This document shows positions 1 to 14,200 of a stretch of 64,000 bases of DNA, one piece after another; the stretch's first letter is position 1, and every line of letters begins with the position of its first letter. Origin of the DNA: Antedon mediterranea (taxonomy: Eukaryota; Animalia; Echinodermata). The notes under the pieces were generated by a model. That model worked only from the letters and a program-made list of their open reading frames with translations, had not been told where the DNA came from and did not search any database. Position numbers and translations under genes: made by a program. The stretch covers positions 2,324,201 through 2,388,200 of the forward strand of contig NC_092679.1 in NCBI RefSeq assembly GCF_964355755.1, given 5' to 3'.

Positions 1-629
1 CAGAGGTCTGAGGCAGATACTAGATGTATTGTATTGTATGGTTGTAGAAATAAACAAATATTCTCTCAGATGTATGCCTTCACACACACTGGTCATTCAT
101 CTTAAAGTAGTTCAAAGTTGACTACACCAATATCTTATTTTAAAGAGTTACCTGTTGTACACATTCTGTGTCTATGTGTTCAATTAATAATCTATTTTGA
201 CGTTTAATAAATCCATTGACATTTGTTATGTGTTCATGTTGATGGATATAGTTCCACATTAATTACATGTCTTTGCTGACTATTAATAATTATCAGGTGT
301 GCGTTGATAATGTATTGTAATGAATGTTTCGGTGCAAGGCAGAGCAAATGTATCGTATTAATTTAGTTTTTAATTTATTGCGGTAGTTAGAAATATTTAT
401 TTGAAAAGATCTAATTTTTACATTAATCCGTGTGGACCAGTAAAGAATGCTTGTTAAATATTACATTAAAATGTAAAAAGTGTATGCATTAAGTGTCAGA
501 TTCGTATATAGATGTTATGAATTTAATTTTTACTGTAATTTTCATTCTCATAGTAAAATGTACAGTACTATACTGTTTTATTGGAATCAAGTAAAAAATC
601 TTATATTTTGTGTCTGATTCACAAACTAA

Positions 630-772
630 AGCTCTGTCTAAAATATCAAACTTTATATGACAAAAAAAATGCGATATGCTCATATATCACTACTATATTT
701 GAGTATATCACTACCATATTGGGACACATCACATTTGCTTTGTCAAACTAGTTTGATAGTGTAGACAGAGCT
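630..772. mobile_element. Tourist/Harbinger-like MITE family A (representative copy)
   Basis: TIR AGCTCTGTCTACACTATCAAAC, TSD TAA/TTA. Other full or partial copies near 12112-12230, 33944-34104, 34293-34403, 35680-35774, 38637-38774, 38914-38980, 42368-42634, 43725-43893, 44169-44270, 45834-45920, 55030-55143, 55214-55250, 57525-57576, 57838-57980, 59343-59731. Confidence 0.85.
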
Positions 773-1507
773 TAATGTTGTGGATTCCTTTGTCAAACTA
801 GTTTGATAGTGTAGACAGAGCTTAATGTTGTGGATTCCTGACTGGACTTTATTCGTTCTACCTCTAGTTAAATCTATATTATGTATAGCCTATGTTTTGA
901 TCATGTTACATTGCGACTTGAATACAGAATTATTTAATTGTACATTTGATCTTGTTTTGGTCCATGTGGACATAACCTTGGTCTTTAGAGGAATAATAAT
1001 TCATAATAAATGTAGATATGATAGTTTTTAAAGCTTAAGCAACAACCATTTTGCTCAGTAGAATTTAGTATTAGCATTATTTATGAAACAAATGTTTAAG
1101 GTCGTGTCAACATAGTTTTACTTAAGTTTTGTAAAAGATGAAATGGCTGTTTTTTTGGAGAATTTCAGAGAAATAAGCAAATTTAATCATTAACATGTTT
1201 GCAGAGGTTTTTTAAAATAAAAAATCATTAAAGATCGGTTCCCACTTTGACAACGATGTATGCCTACCATAAGTACTTTGACCAGGTCAATCATGACGTG
1301 AAAGATCACCAGAATTGTCTTTTGTGATAGGTCAACTCACCTGCATTGTGCCTATGTCATTGCGTTGTGTCCAAGTCAGTGAGAACCAATTTAAAAAAGC
1401 AAAACGGATTTCATTTGTGTAAAAAAAAGTGTAAAACATAACACAAAAAATGACAAAATTAAATTTTATTTTTTTATTGGGGAATAATAATGTTTAATTT
1501 CCCATAG

Positions 1508-3918
1508 AAACACAAGACGCGCGGCAGAAGTTTGGATGGATGATTATAAAGAATTTTATTACGCTGCTGTCCCATCGGCTCGTAATGTACAATTTGGAAA
1601 GTAAGTCGTTTTTACATTATAATAAAATCTAAAGATAAATATACTGTATCTGTAGAAAGTATACACAAATGGCAGTATCAATTTATATATGACTAAAGAA
1701 AAAAATAAGAAAATGGTAGTGTTTAATTTAGTGGAGTGTAGCTTGTATTAGAGCTGTAGCTTGGTGATAACTAGCTTGCCTTCCAATCCTAAGGTCCAGG
1801 GTTCAATCCTGACCTAGTGCCAGGGTTGTTGCTCACGACTCTTTCAACTCCCTAAACCTCAAATGAGCAAATTATAAAATAGTTTATCCATCCTGTAATT
1901 GGCGAGTTGCTTGCTGTTGTGTGTGTATGAAATTTTTTTAAAGTGCTAACTCCACCTTTTTTTTAACTAGCTATCATACAACCAAGAACTCTGATATAAC
2001 TATAGTCAAATTTAAAGGTGACATAAAAACCAGTGGTCTAATGGCAGGGCTTTGACACATCAGACCAGATGACAGTTTCAAATTTTGTAGTCGTAGTAGT
2101 TGTAATAAAAAAAGGTTACTAATATTAATGATTGAATTTGTTCTTATAGTATTCAAGGTAGATTGGAAATAAGAAAAAAACTAAACTGCAAACCTTTCAA
2201 ATGGTACCTTGAAAATGTCTATCCAGAATTAAGGTAAGTTTCACATTTAAATTATCAAGATATATACAGTATATCCTTAGGTTTAATCCCACTTTGAGTC
2301 TAATCCCACCCCCTACTTTCACAAACAGGAATACCCCTGGGTGTAGTCCCAGTATTGACTTTTGGTCTTGATGTAGGCCTCTCTCTCTCTCTCTCTCTCT
2401 CTAGCCAGTTCAGATGACTTTTTAAAATAAATGCTTGCCAATCATTTTTTTCCCTGAACCAGGGCCACCCTCAAAGTCAGCCCAATCTAGTGGATGGGAT
2501 TATACTAGAGAATATACAGGTATTATACGGGTATTGTTGAAAAATACTAGGGCCAGAAGAGTGTTTAAATGTACCTTAAAACCTCCCCAGTACAATTGAT
2601 CATTTTGACGCCCCAATGTATAGGGATGATAACCAACAAATGTTTATCCTATTTTTGTTTTGTTTTTAGGGTACCTGATAAATCAGATATAGCATTTGGA
2701 GCTCTACAACAGGGCAACTTATGTATAGATACATTAGGCCACATACACGATGGAACAATAGGTGTATATGAATGCCACAATAGCGGTGGAAATCAAGTAA
2801 GTCAAATCAAGACAAGTGGCATAATGGCAGCCCAATGCAACCACCCAGCATTTAGCAGCCCAATGCAACCAAGCAGCATTGAAGGGCCCCTTAGGAGTGC
2901 TAAACCAGACCCCTTTACCCCCTGCAGTATGTCACTGATCAAAACAGCCATTTGGATTTAATTTGGGAACTGGCAGGGTTAGTATGTTCTAAAATCTTTT
3001 TTTTTTATTTGCAGGAATTTTCTTTAACCAAAGATAAGCTTATAAAACATGCAGATTTGTGTTTAACATTACTGGACAAAAATCCGGGATCTGAAATAAA
3101 ATTACATGGTTGCCAGTCAGGAAATAAAAACCAGGTATGATGTTATTTGGTGTTTTATGGCATTGTATGTCCTGTATTACTGGGTAGATTCTGTAATACA
3201 GTGTTACATATGACCCTGTATTATGATGAGGTAATGTTTAGGCTTATGGCCTATGATACAGGCATCACATGTGATGCATATGTGACACTATCACAAAATT
3301 TGCCTATGATAGAGTATTATAGAAGTAGTATGTTGAGGAGGAAAAAAGGGAAAGATTGAGTAAAAAGGGAGAGGAAAAAAAATAAGAAAATTAAACAAGA
3401 ACTTATACCTGTTTGAAGTTTGATCTTTATTTTATGAGGTAGGTGATCTCGAACAATCACCGTAGCGAAAAAAAAATGTGTAATTGTCTTTTAGAGAGAA
3501 CTTGGAATGAGGTAAGTACTCTATGTCTACCTTGTCATCTGCCAGGTCCATGACAGTCCTCTTTCTCATACGTCTTATTTAGTGCTCTTCTTTTAGTTTC
3601 AGAATATGTTTTTTAAATTTTTGTTGTGGGGAAGGGAAAAGAAAGAAAAATTTAATATGCCGAAATAGTAAAAATACTTAATTCAATCTTATTCCTGTTA
3701 GTTGATTTTTTTAAAGAAATACTACAATAACATATAATTTTTTTATATTTATTTTCAAACAGAAATGGGAGCGACAAGATCGTCATTTGCGATTCCTAAA
3801 CAGTAATCTATGTATTGATAGTAAGAACCCTAAAGGACAAGCGTTGGTTGTTCAAAAATGTGATCGTACATCGTTAACACAAAATTGGAAGTTTTCCATG
3901 AATCACTTAAAACAATAG
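1508..3918 (+). CDS. GALNT2: Polypeptide N-acetylgalactosaminyltransferase 2, last five coding exons (end of catalytic domain plus ricin lectin domain); 5' part lies outside the window
   Basis: Exons 1508-1600, 2150-2233, 2670-2796, 3015-3134, 3763-3918 (TAG), all GT-AG and in frame: [83 protein letters not shown]...[12 protein letters not shown], near-identical to the GALNT2 C-terminus. Confidence 0.95.
1750..1925 (+). mobile_element. tRNA-derived SINE; second copy at ~46180-46320
   Basis: TAGCTTGGTG / GGTTCAATCC boxes; shared CTGACCTAGTGCCAGGGTTG...AGTTTATCCATCCTGTAATTGG. Confidence 0.65.
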
Positions 3919-5361
3919 TATTTTTTTAAATTATGAAATATGAGATGAATGCCAAGATGAGAGATAATGTGTGCTGCTCCACTAACAAATTATGAAACAT
4001 TTCTTGAAACTCGTCATTTTGAAATTTTACACAAAAAAAGATTAATTTATCAGAATTATATTTATAATGTTTACAGCCCGTATTGGATGTTTGCATGAAC
4101 AAAGGTCAATTCCTGTGTTTATTTGATTCCAAGATATTGGTCAGCTTTCTGTGGCTATAATTTAGGAGAAATATTATTGATGCAATAAAATGTTCCACAA
4201 GATGGCAAGATATGTACTGCTAGAGGGCGCAATTCACAGAAGACGACATATTCCTGAAGCAAATAGTTACTTCCAAGAGGCAATTGCTTTTATTTTCATT
4301 CGATGATGTTTGCAGAGATTCACCATAAATCTCAACACTGAGATTTAACTCATCGATGTTAAACTTAAAATAAAAAGTAGTCAATATTTTTAATTTTAGA
4401 ATATTATCAACTGAAATTAATGTATTTTATCTCATATGTTATCATAGATGATTATGGAGCCAGAGAGAAGCGATCCTAAGTATTTATTACATTTTGAACG
4501 TGCGCTTAAGTACAAAATAAAGCATATACAAACTGGTAAGAACATATCACTTTATTATTGGGACTCAATTGAGAAGCCAATGTTTTACAGGGGTCTTTTT
4601 TCGAACAAATAAACCCATTTAGGGCTCTACCCACCAACGGTAATGTATGCAAATGAATCCACCTTTTATAATACAACGATATACAATAGTGTGAATGTTC
4701 AGAATAATAGTTCTTTCAAATCTTGTTTACCAAAGTAATCCCAAATACACCCACCGTTATACAAAACAAAATCCTTTACTGCTGTAACTGCAGTAAGATT
4801 ATATTTTGGTTTAAGATTTAAAAGATAATACGTGTATGTGAGGAACATGATTTTAATATTATGAATTTCCCTTTGGCTACAACCTTTTTTTAATAAATGA
4901 ATTTTATGATAACAGTACTGCATTAACTATCATATCAAAGGTGTAGCGAATGGTGTAGAGAACAGATACACACATTTTCTGTGTTTATTTAATAGTGTGA
5001 ACCCATGTAGCATAAGTAAATAAAGTCAACCCTCTCAATACCGGACTCCCTGAAAACTGCAAATTCCCAGAATCATACTTTTCTTGAAGTCCAATTTTTT
5101 GTTACCATTTAAAAACACATTCGGACAACCACAATTTTTGGAAAACCTTCCCAAGTGTGTCCAGTATTGAGCGAGTTGATATATATTTATATTCAGACTG
5201 CTTATGTCATCAAGAAGTATTATAAAACAAATTTAGGCACAAAAATATATTTAATTTGTCAAATTTGATTTCTTCTATAGGCAAGCATAGTAAGAAAGGT
5301 AAAGATTATCAAAGAGCATAAAACAAACTTGTATGATAATTTTTTGTTCATATTGTTAATA

Positions 5362-5716
5362 TAGTAGAACTGATATTAAGGGGATGCCAAATTGATCCCC
5401 AGATAGGGGTGTCCCTGGATAAGGGTGTCCTTGGATAAGGGTGTCCCTGGATATGGGTGTCCCTGGATATGGAAGTCCCTGGATAAGGGTGTCCCTGGAT
5501 ATGGGAGTCCATGGATAAGGGTGTCCCTGGATAGGGGCATCCCTGGATAAGGGTGTCCCTGGATATGGGAGCCCCTGGATATGGGAGTCCCTGGATAGGG
5601 GCATCCCTGGATAAAGGCGTACCTGGATAAAGGTGTCCCTGGATAAAGGTGTCCCTGGATAAGGGTGTCCCTGGATAAGGGTGTCCCTGGATAAGGGTGT
5701 CTCAACAGTTCTACTG
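5362..5716. repeat. 16-bp minisatellite (GTGTCCCTGGATAAGG)n inside a pogo/Tigger-like MITE
   Basis: Array at ~5404-5700; ends TAGTAGAAC / GTTCTACTG flanked by TA; explains ORFs 5356-5727 and 5376-5852. Confidence 0.8.
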
Positions 5717-6776
5717 TATTCGTACACAGTTTTATTGATTTTGTATTATTTATCACAATATTTGATTTATTTACTGTTGATTGCAATTTTGTTGTATTTA
5801 AGCCTAGTGCTTTTGTGATTCCTTCCATTTGAAAAAACTTTGCTGCACACAAAGAATAGAATGGTATGCCTTAAAGAATGATACACTCTGATTGGTAGTA
5901 CAATAGTACATAAGCCATTAAAACTTGTATCATATACGGAAGGCTTTTGACATAAATTCACGCTTGCACACACACATCATTAACCTGTCAATGCTTCTAT
6001 GTTATATCTCAATGTTATTGTTTATGGGAGAAGTCGGAGGTCAGTGCACTTTGATCGAACTAGCAAGGAAATAAGTTTATACTTCCTCAATGATAACAAT
6101 ATAAAAAGCTTGATTGTATAGCACCCCCACTCTATAATTGTTTGGTCCATAATCAATCAATTAACTTTTGGACAGGCGTAGTAGAAGCTTGTTTTTACAA
6201 AAGTTATTTTAAAATACATATCTCATTTTTTTGGTTTTTATAGTATTGTTATATAACTCACGTGCACTTTATTATTAGGCAAATTGATCATATGATTTTA
6301 TAAATTAAAAAAAACATAAGTGTTTCTGTATATATATTTTGAAATGTATTAATATATTGTTTTAGGACATTAATTGCTTAACTAATTGAAATATTTGTGT
6401 TTTTTATCTTTTGAGGTTTAAATTCAATTTACACCTTCAAAAGGTATGTGTTTAAGTGAGAATTATTTTAGCTAGTATTATTACAATTTATCTATATTAA
6501 TATTATTAAAAAAAGAAATAAAAAAATATAATTTATTTGTATTATTTAGATTGTAAGGACATAATTTGTAACAGTAATTAAATATGTTAATGAATATCAT
6601 TTTTAAAATGGATAAATGTGCTTCATAAGGTATAGAGATATCACAGTGAATATTTCACACTACATTTTATACTAATGTTATGTCTCGCATCTTCACCATT
6701 TCATTATTACTTCTGTAGAGTATATTTTAATTAAATGTGGCTATGTCAGTTGTATTCGTACTTAAACATGTACTGT

Positions 6777-7070
6777 GAGGATGTGTGGCGCAGTGTTTTA
6801 GACGTTGGACTTCTGATCGTGGGTTCGAATCCAACTCTCGCCGCATTGCGTGTATCCTTAGGCAAGATAGTTTAATTACGTTTGACTCTCTCCACCCAGG
6901 TGTATAAATAGGTACCTGGTTAGATCAAGACACAACTTTGCGCTGATTACTAGCTGCATTATGGGAGTATGTTTCCATACATGTTTGATCCAAAACATGA
7001 CTAGGGTAATAATGTTCAGCGTTTAGAGGTTTCACAACATTAGGCGCTATATAAATCCAGGATAATTATT
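6777..7070 (+). mobile_element. tRNA-derived SINE with CORE-like centre and L2-type tail
   Basis: TGGCGCAGTG / GGTTCGAATCC boxes, CCTTAGGCAAG...CTCCACCCAGGTGTATAAAT core, GCGCTATATAAAT tail; reverse copy at ~43975-44295 interrupted by MITE A. Confidence 0.75.
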
Positions 7071-8730
7071 GATAAAGTTGAGATATAATTAACTATTACA
7101 TTTTATCTGTAATTCCAACCGGATGAATCTTTTTAATGAGATATTATTATTATTATTTATAACTGAGGAAACACATTATTACCATAGAACTACCTTGGTA
7201 TACCCCTATAAAGTACCTTTCAGTCTCAAAGGTCTCCTCTTTGTAGGAATTCTACAGTGTTTATTTATAAAGAAGGGGAAATACGGTATAATTTACAACT
7301 TCAAATGTTAAAGGTATTGTGTATTTTTGAAAATGAAAGTCAAGAACTTCTGTAATTATTACAATACAAGGGAATTTACAGTGTTATGTTCTTTAAACAT
7401 GCGGGTTATTAAAAACCAAAAGTTCTTTCTCAATTACCATATCGTCTAAAATTAGAACATTGTTCAAATTAAATCTACCCTGAAATTGTTAATGATGTAT
7501 ATTAATTATTAACCAGATACATATTTTTTCAATGGTTGAATTTATACAGCATGAAATCAACGTAATATGTATATCATTTCCTTATCTTAATGAAATGTCC
7601 GATAAAAGTCAGAATCAACTTAGAAAATTCCTGATTTCTCAACGTCATGAATTTATGTTTGTTCTTGATAAATGATAACATTAAGTTAGAATCATTGGAG
7701 ATATTTTAATTGTGAACATTTTTGAAATGTTGAGGGAAAAAAAAGAACTATGTTTTTTTAACTGTGAAAAAATAAAAATGCTTTTTTAAAAAGATGAAAG
7801 TTTTATTTAAACATTTTTAGAACAAATACAATATATACCACTGTATCTAATTAAAATGTGAACTTATAAATTCACATTAAAAAAAAAAATAAATAAAAAA
7901 TAAATAAATAAAGTACATGGTATGTGCCTACCAATGTATCTAATCAAAATATGATACAGAGTGCTTTATCTATCTTATTTACAATGCATTGCTGTATCAT
8001 AGAATTTGTCTAAAAACTATACACTAGTTTAGATAGAACTGGATGAGTATACCTACTTAAACCTTACATTAATTAATACTTTAATACATTATTTATCAAA
8101 CATCATTTACAACACATTTTGTATTCCATTATAATTCCATTCTTTGTTACAATTAAGGAATAGCATTTACAAGAATTACGTACTGTACATAAAAATGATT
8201 AAAATACAATATGTTCAGTTCATATAACAATTGGTTCTATTAAATACAATTTACCAATGTTAACAATTAGCATTTTATAATCTAGTTCTAAAACTACAAA
8301 AAAATGATAATACTAATATATAAAATAACTCTTAAAATATTAAATGTTCAAATGTTTTGTAAAACCCAATTCATATAACAGCTGGTTAATTTGTAGCCAG
8401 CATTGGTTATTTCAATCAGGTCTTCTTTCTTTTGCAAACATTTATTCATACCTAAATAATGCAATTCATTTTGATGAATGCCTTTTGTAGGTAACATACT
8501 TCATGTTCACTTACCTTGGCATAGACCTATGTTGTTATAGGTTGCTAAGATCTTTTTATATACAAATTCGCACTTTTGTACAAAACGTTAAAATCTAAAT
8601 TCTTAATTAAAAACATTTTCTATATACATACACTACTTTAAAAAAAGTTTATTTATGCAACATATTGACAATTAATATTTTAAATGTTGAAATAAGTGAG
8701 GTAACTATGAAAACAAAACAAAATGTTTAA

Positions 8731-9057
8731 AGATGTATTGTCCCCCTAAAAAAATAATTCTTAAATTTTTTTAAATGAATATGTCATTTTAATGTCACAT
8801 ACAAATTATCCACTTTGACCAAAAATTGATTTAAAAAAAATGTATTATCTGAAAAAAAAACTGTAATTTAATGGGGAAAAAATAGTCAAATTGGCTACCA
8901 GCAGATTTTTGATTGAATTTAACCATTTATTTTGTCATTTTATAAGTAAAAACATTTTTTTTTCTACAAAGATAATTAACTGTATTTAAACTACAAAATA
9001 AACTATTCAAAGTCTGATTTAATTAATCTTTACAGGTTTTTGGGGGACAATACATCT
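8731..9057. mobile_element. Kolobok-like MITE (TTAA target)
   Basis: TIR AGATGTATTGTCCCCC, TTAA on both sides; related pieces at ~33353-33440, ~41056, ~53793, ~57100-57291. Confidence 0.7.
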
Positions 9058-9403
9058 TTAAGAAATAACAAAACCTCTAATCTACAAATTATTGACAACC
9101 ATAAAACCTTAAATGTATTTGAATTATATACTGTATGTATAAAACAAGTTTTAAGCATGACAGAATTGATCCAGCCACTTCTCCATGACAAAACTTGGCA
9201 GCACTGTACAGTTAAATACAACCTGTAAGAAGGTATGCGAGATGTTTTTTTGTTTATTGCAATGCACAAATATTTTTTTCAGACTTTTTTTGTTAACATG
9301 TTTTTTAAGGGTTTTTTTTTGTTATAAATGTTTTTGATTAATAGGACTTGCCTTTCAAAAAAAAAAACTAAATATATACATTTATATATTTTTACATGGT
9401 GCA

Positions 9404-9580
9404 CAGTCAACTCTTCAAATACTGGATTACCTGAAAATCAGAAAATTCACCCAAAACAAGAATTTCCAAAGGGTCCCTAAACTTTATAATACTTTTCGAT
9501 TTGTATTAGTAAAACCAGACTTTCCGGAAAACCAAACATTTTGGGTCAGCTGAAATGTGTCCAATATTGGAAAGGTTGAT
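9404..9580. mobile_element. pogo/Tigger-like MITE; related copies at ~5025-5180 and ~25196-25376
   Basis: Ends CAGTCAACTCT..AATAC / ATTGGAAAGGTTGA shared by three loci with similar interiors. Confidence 0.55.
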
Positions 9581-11205
9581 TATATTCCATATCATTTATT
9601 TACAGATTATTAATTAATACAGAGATATACAATATTCTCTTTTTCAAATATCTCCACGTCCATGAAAGATAAGAATTTACCAAAAGGTAGGAAAGTTTAT
9701 TTACATGTCAAAGGTTATTGAAAGGCGCGATTACTGTAGGTAAATACTAAATCTCAAAGAATCTGTTTCTATCCCGAGTGGGTTTCTGCCCATCCACAAT
9801 GCATTTTGTGTAAATGGTCATAAGAAATACCTTTTTTTCCCTCTAACCGTTACCACTTGTCAGTGTAAATTGGCCTTAAGAATACTGTAGGTAGCCGTCA
9901 ATAATAATGCAACTGATAAGGACAGTAAACAGTACGCCTACTAGCATGTCGGATACAGAGATTATGTTAAGTTATTATGTTTATAGAAAACAATGCCTCT
10001 TATTCAGACTAGGGCGTCTAGATTCAGATCTAAGGGTTAGATTGGTTTGCGAAAATGCTTGTTAAAACAATGTTCAAAACGTCAATCAAAAGTTTACAAG
10101 ATTTTTGGGATCAGAATTTTGTTAAACTCATTAACGTAAACAGTTTTTTCTCTGTAACAACGTTTTTTAGAATTAACTTTATATCCATCTTCTGTTGTTT
10201 TGTTTGTTTTTAATTTTTAGTATATGACTTTTCTCCTTGGAAAAACATAGCGGAAAAAAATAAAAATTGGACCGTAAATATTTCAATTTTCTTTAATAAT
10301 AAATGTATAATATATACTACGTCAACATACCTGCCAAACTATTCTTTATGCTACCAATTTCATTAAATGTTTTTACTACCTTCCCATTAATTTTTTATAA
10401 ACTGCAGCAGTATCATTTTTAATCAAAATTGTTAATGTAAAAAACTGACAAAGTCCACCATGTTGTTTTCTTTATTTTCTTTGACAGGTTTTTGGTAAAG
10501 TGAGACTTGGTTATTCCCCCAAATGTCAGCAGGTATGTATTTCTTAATATAAGAATACAGTTGAATTTTAAATACTGCCTCCAAACTGTCTGCATGAGTG
10601 TCTAAAATTAAAAAAGATTATCTAAAATCTATATCTAATTTCCATGACAAAAATACATAATTATGAATAATTAGTTCACTATGTCGGTCGGTCTGTCTGT
10701 CGGTCCGGTATTACTATGCGTTTTAGCACGCGACTTATGGCTGTTGGCCTTGTTTTTAAAAAGGTACAATATATTTATGTTAGTTTTCCAGAGTTTGCTA
10801 GTGTACACCAAACTGCAGACAACAAAATTGAATAAGTTTACAATAGCAAACTTTATTTGCAAGCTTGGCCAAACTCCAAGTTTGTCAAGAAAAGGCTTCC
10901 AAAGTTTGCTAGTGTAGAACCGTTAATAAACTTAGGCAAACTGCAGAAGACAAATTTGCAAATATACACCAGCAAACTTGGAGTTTGGTGAAGCTTGCTA
11001 GTGGAGACAAGGCTTTACGCTTGGATGCTGATTTTAAGACGATAATAAAAACCTGGAATACCAAGAAACATCATTTGCATATCATTGAGCAAAATGAAAG
11101 CGATATTGTTGTACAGTCTACCATATTAAATTGAATTAATTATACAGCAGTAAATCTTTTCTTAATACTAACTTTATTCCACTTTAGAAATTAAACTGGC
11201 ACATT

Positions 11206-14200
11206 TTACCAAATTACTGGCATTTGCTCTACAATTGCTTTAATGTACATTGTATCATCTCTAACGTAAGTCGGGTCTCGAAGAATTTGTTTACTGACAA
11301 AAAGCGGGCAACCAGTTGCAACATTCATATCTCTGTTAATTTTTGGCTTCTGGAAACTGCTGCTGTTAGGATCTGGACGAAAGGAGTCACTTAAACTTCT
11401 CTGTCCAGTTTCCTGATCCAACAATATCAAAGTGACCTACAAATAAACAGTAAAAATATTGTTATTGGTCTGCAATGTGGATTGGCAAGTAAAACCCCAA
11501 TCAAATCTACTATCTCTTTTGTTTTTACCCTAACATGTTATGAGGACACATGCTTCTGCAATATTAAGTAGAAGACTTTACTCTGGTTTGTTCTAGTATG
11601 TGCAGTTTTATCAAATCAAGATACATTTTGTATAAATTGAAGAATGGTTATAAAAACTTACATTTTGTTTAAAGGGCCACGGAAGCAGAGCGTCGTACAT
11701 CCCACGCATTATAACAAAGAAGAGCGATACATGCGTGTTTCGGCCCATACCGTCACCATTTAGGTACAATCGTAAACACATTTTGTACCCAGTGCGGGAT
11801 GAATAAAATGGTGGACTATAGAGTGAATTGGTCTTGCCATTGATGGCCTCCCTTGTTGCCCTATCAACGTTTGGTATCCTCCATAATAGTGTACCATCAT
11901 AGCTTGTTTGCTCCAATGTATTCACTTTGAATTGCAACTCAGATATATCAACTCTCATTATGTTTGTTTCGACATTAACATCTGTAATAAAGAGGAATAT
12001 ATTTAATCATCTTTTCCATCTCATCACCATCATTATCCCATCATCCTAAAATATCTTATTAAAAATCATTGTAGTCATTATTGACTTCACTCTCAAAGAC
12101 AATTTGTTTAAAGCTCTGTCTACATGATCAAACAAAAATGTGCCCATATATGGACACATCATGTTATCACTACCATATTTGGGCACGTCATACTTCTTTG
12201 TCAAACTAGCTTGATAGTGTAGACAGAGCTAAAGACTTTATTTATGCAGAGCACCAAGAAGGAATGGGAATTAGTTTGCTTACAGTTATCTTTGAAAGTT
12301 TTCCAATTAAAAACAAACACAACATTATCATCAAACTTGCCACCATCAACATCATCATTCATTAAATTTAATTCTTTTTTATTTATTTTTTATTTCTAAT
12401 TGTTTTATGCATTGTTTTCTTTTGTTTATCTTTATAAATTCTATTTATTTTAATTGTTTCATGTTTATGACTTGTCATATTGTATTTTTATGAGGGTCCC
12501 TAATGATCAGCTTTGGCTGGATGGACCACACTCGTAAAATGTTGTTGATATAAAATAAATAAAATTCTCTATAATCTCACCTGCTCTTGGAGCAGCAGCT
12601 TGTCTTGTGTTCACACTTCTAGCACTCACTTCCTTTATGCATTGTTGCTGATCTTTCTGTTCTTCATTTAAAATTGCAATCTGTTCTGTCAGGTCCTTGG
12701 ATGATTGTTCTGTTTTCTTCTGTAAGTCATTGAATCTGCGTTCTGTTAGGTCCTAAAAAATGAATATATTTTATGTTTATCAGAAAAGGTTATTAATGAT
12801 AATAATGATTTTTAAGACATAATGAATCTAGAAAATGAAACTCCGGGGAGAATGGAATTGAAAGGGAGGAAATAATTTAAAAATTGTGAAAAATGACACA
12901 TTTTACACAATATATTAAAGATATTTTTATAACAAACTGCAGCTTAGGAATTACATAAAGGACCCTTTGTTTTGAGTTGAATGCACTAACCTATTACAAA
13001 ATTTCCAAATTAACTATTTTCATCTATTACCACATTAGCCACCTGTGGCCTATTAAGCCAAACAATGGGGTTTTTTTTAATTCTGGAATTTCCCATACAT
13101 ATCATTAACATAATTATTTCTCATTCAAACAAAGAAGTGTTCTGCTGTTCATGATGTATCATTTTCTTTTTTTATTGATTTTTGTTAGATTGTGAAATCT
13201 ACTACTACAATGTCTCGACCAAAACAAATTTTCTTTTAACATAACAACAATGAACATTATTACGTAAGCTGTAAAGAAAATATTTATATTGTGATGAATT
13301 ACTGAGGCACGGGAAGGGGTATATTCTGGGGGTTTTTTAAAATCAATTCAATTGTTATTTCCATCTTTAATGTCAATTTTTAGTAAATTTTTCTAGAATG
13401 TTTTCACAATTTTGGCACCTTTAAACTATGGGTTTTTTCATTTTCATTTCTTTATTTGAATTCAAAACAAAATAACATTTAAAAAAAAAACAGTACAAGA
13501 ATGAAATTAGGGTAGCACAAAAGAGTAACCAATGGTCAAACTTATTTCCATTGTGGCCCTTAAGGATGAAATAGGTACAGAATATAGTTATATAAAATTA
13601 GTTACAATTAACTATACCATACTGTACGTATTCAATAATGTTACAATAAAAGGTTTCATACACACAGGAAAGGAAATATTTAAATTATACTTACTTTAAA
13701 TTTTTTCAATTCCGATTCAGAATGTTGCAGCCTATTTAACAGTAGATGACAGGTAGACTTTAATTCCTCATTCTCACGTCTAATTTGAGCATTTATTAGG
13801 TTCTGTTTTTCCAAATTTTCCAAAACTAAAAATAGATGTTCACTTGTAGATTCTGTTTGATGATTTGCTGTATCTTTTCTTGAAATCTTCAGAGGAAAAT
13901 ATAAATAATAATACTCTGCTCTTTACCAGGAAATAATAATAATAATATAAAACTATTTCATTTTCACAATTACTGTATGACAGGCTATAATGAACTTTTT
14001 ATACATACTAAATTCTGTCAAACTCAGAGAGTAGTGTTTTTTTTTTATATATATCTGATATTTTCATGTACATTTACTAATAATAATAAAGTCTTGAAAT
14101 GAGAGCCAATAGTATCTTGCGGTAATCCCAAATAGCAAATAACAGCCCCCCCCCCTCCCCCCAAAACCTACATACCTTTCTGGGCATGAAAATACTAATT

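Noticed and set aside
739-838. ~50-bp tandem duplication at a MITE end
   Set aside because: Simple local duplication with no functional sign
5356-5852. Collagen-like-looking repetitive ORFs
   Set aside because: Product of a 16-bp tandem repeat open in several frames
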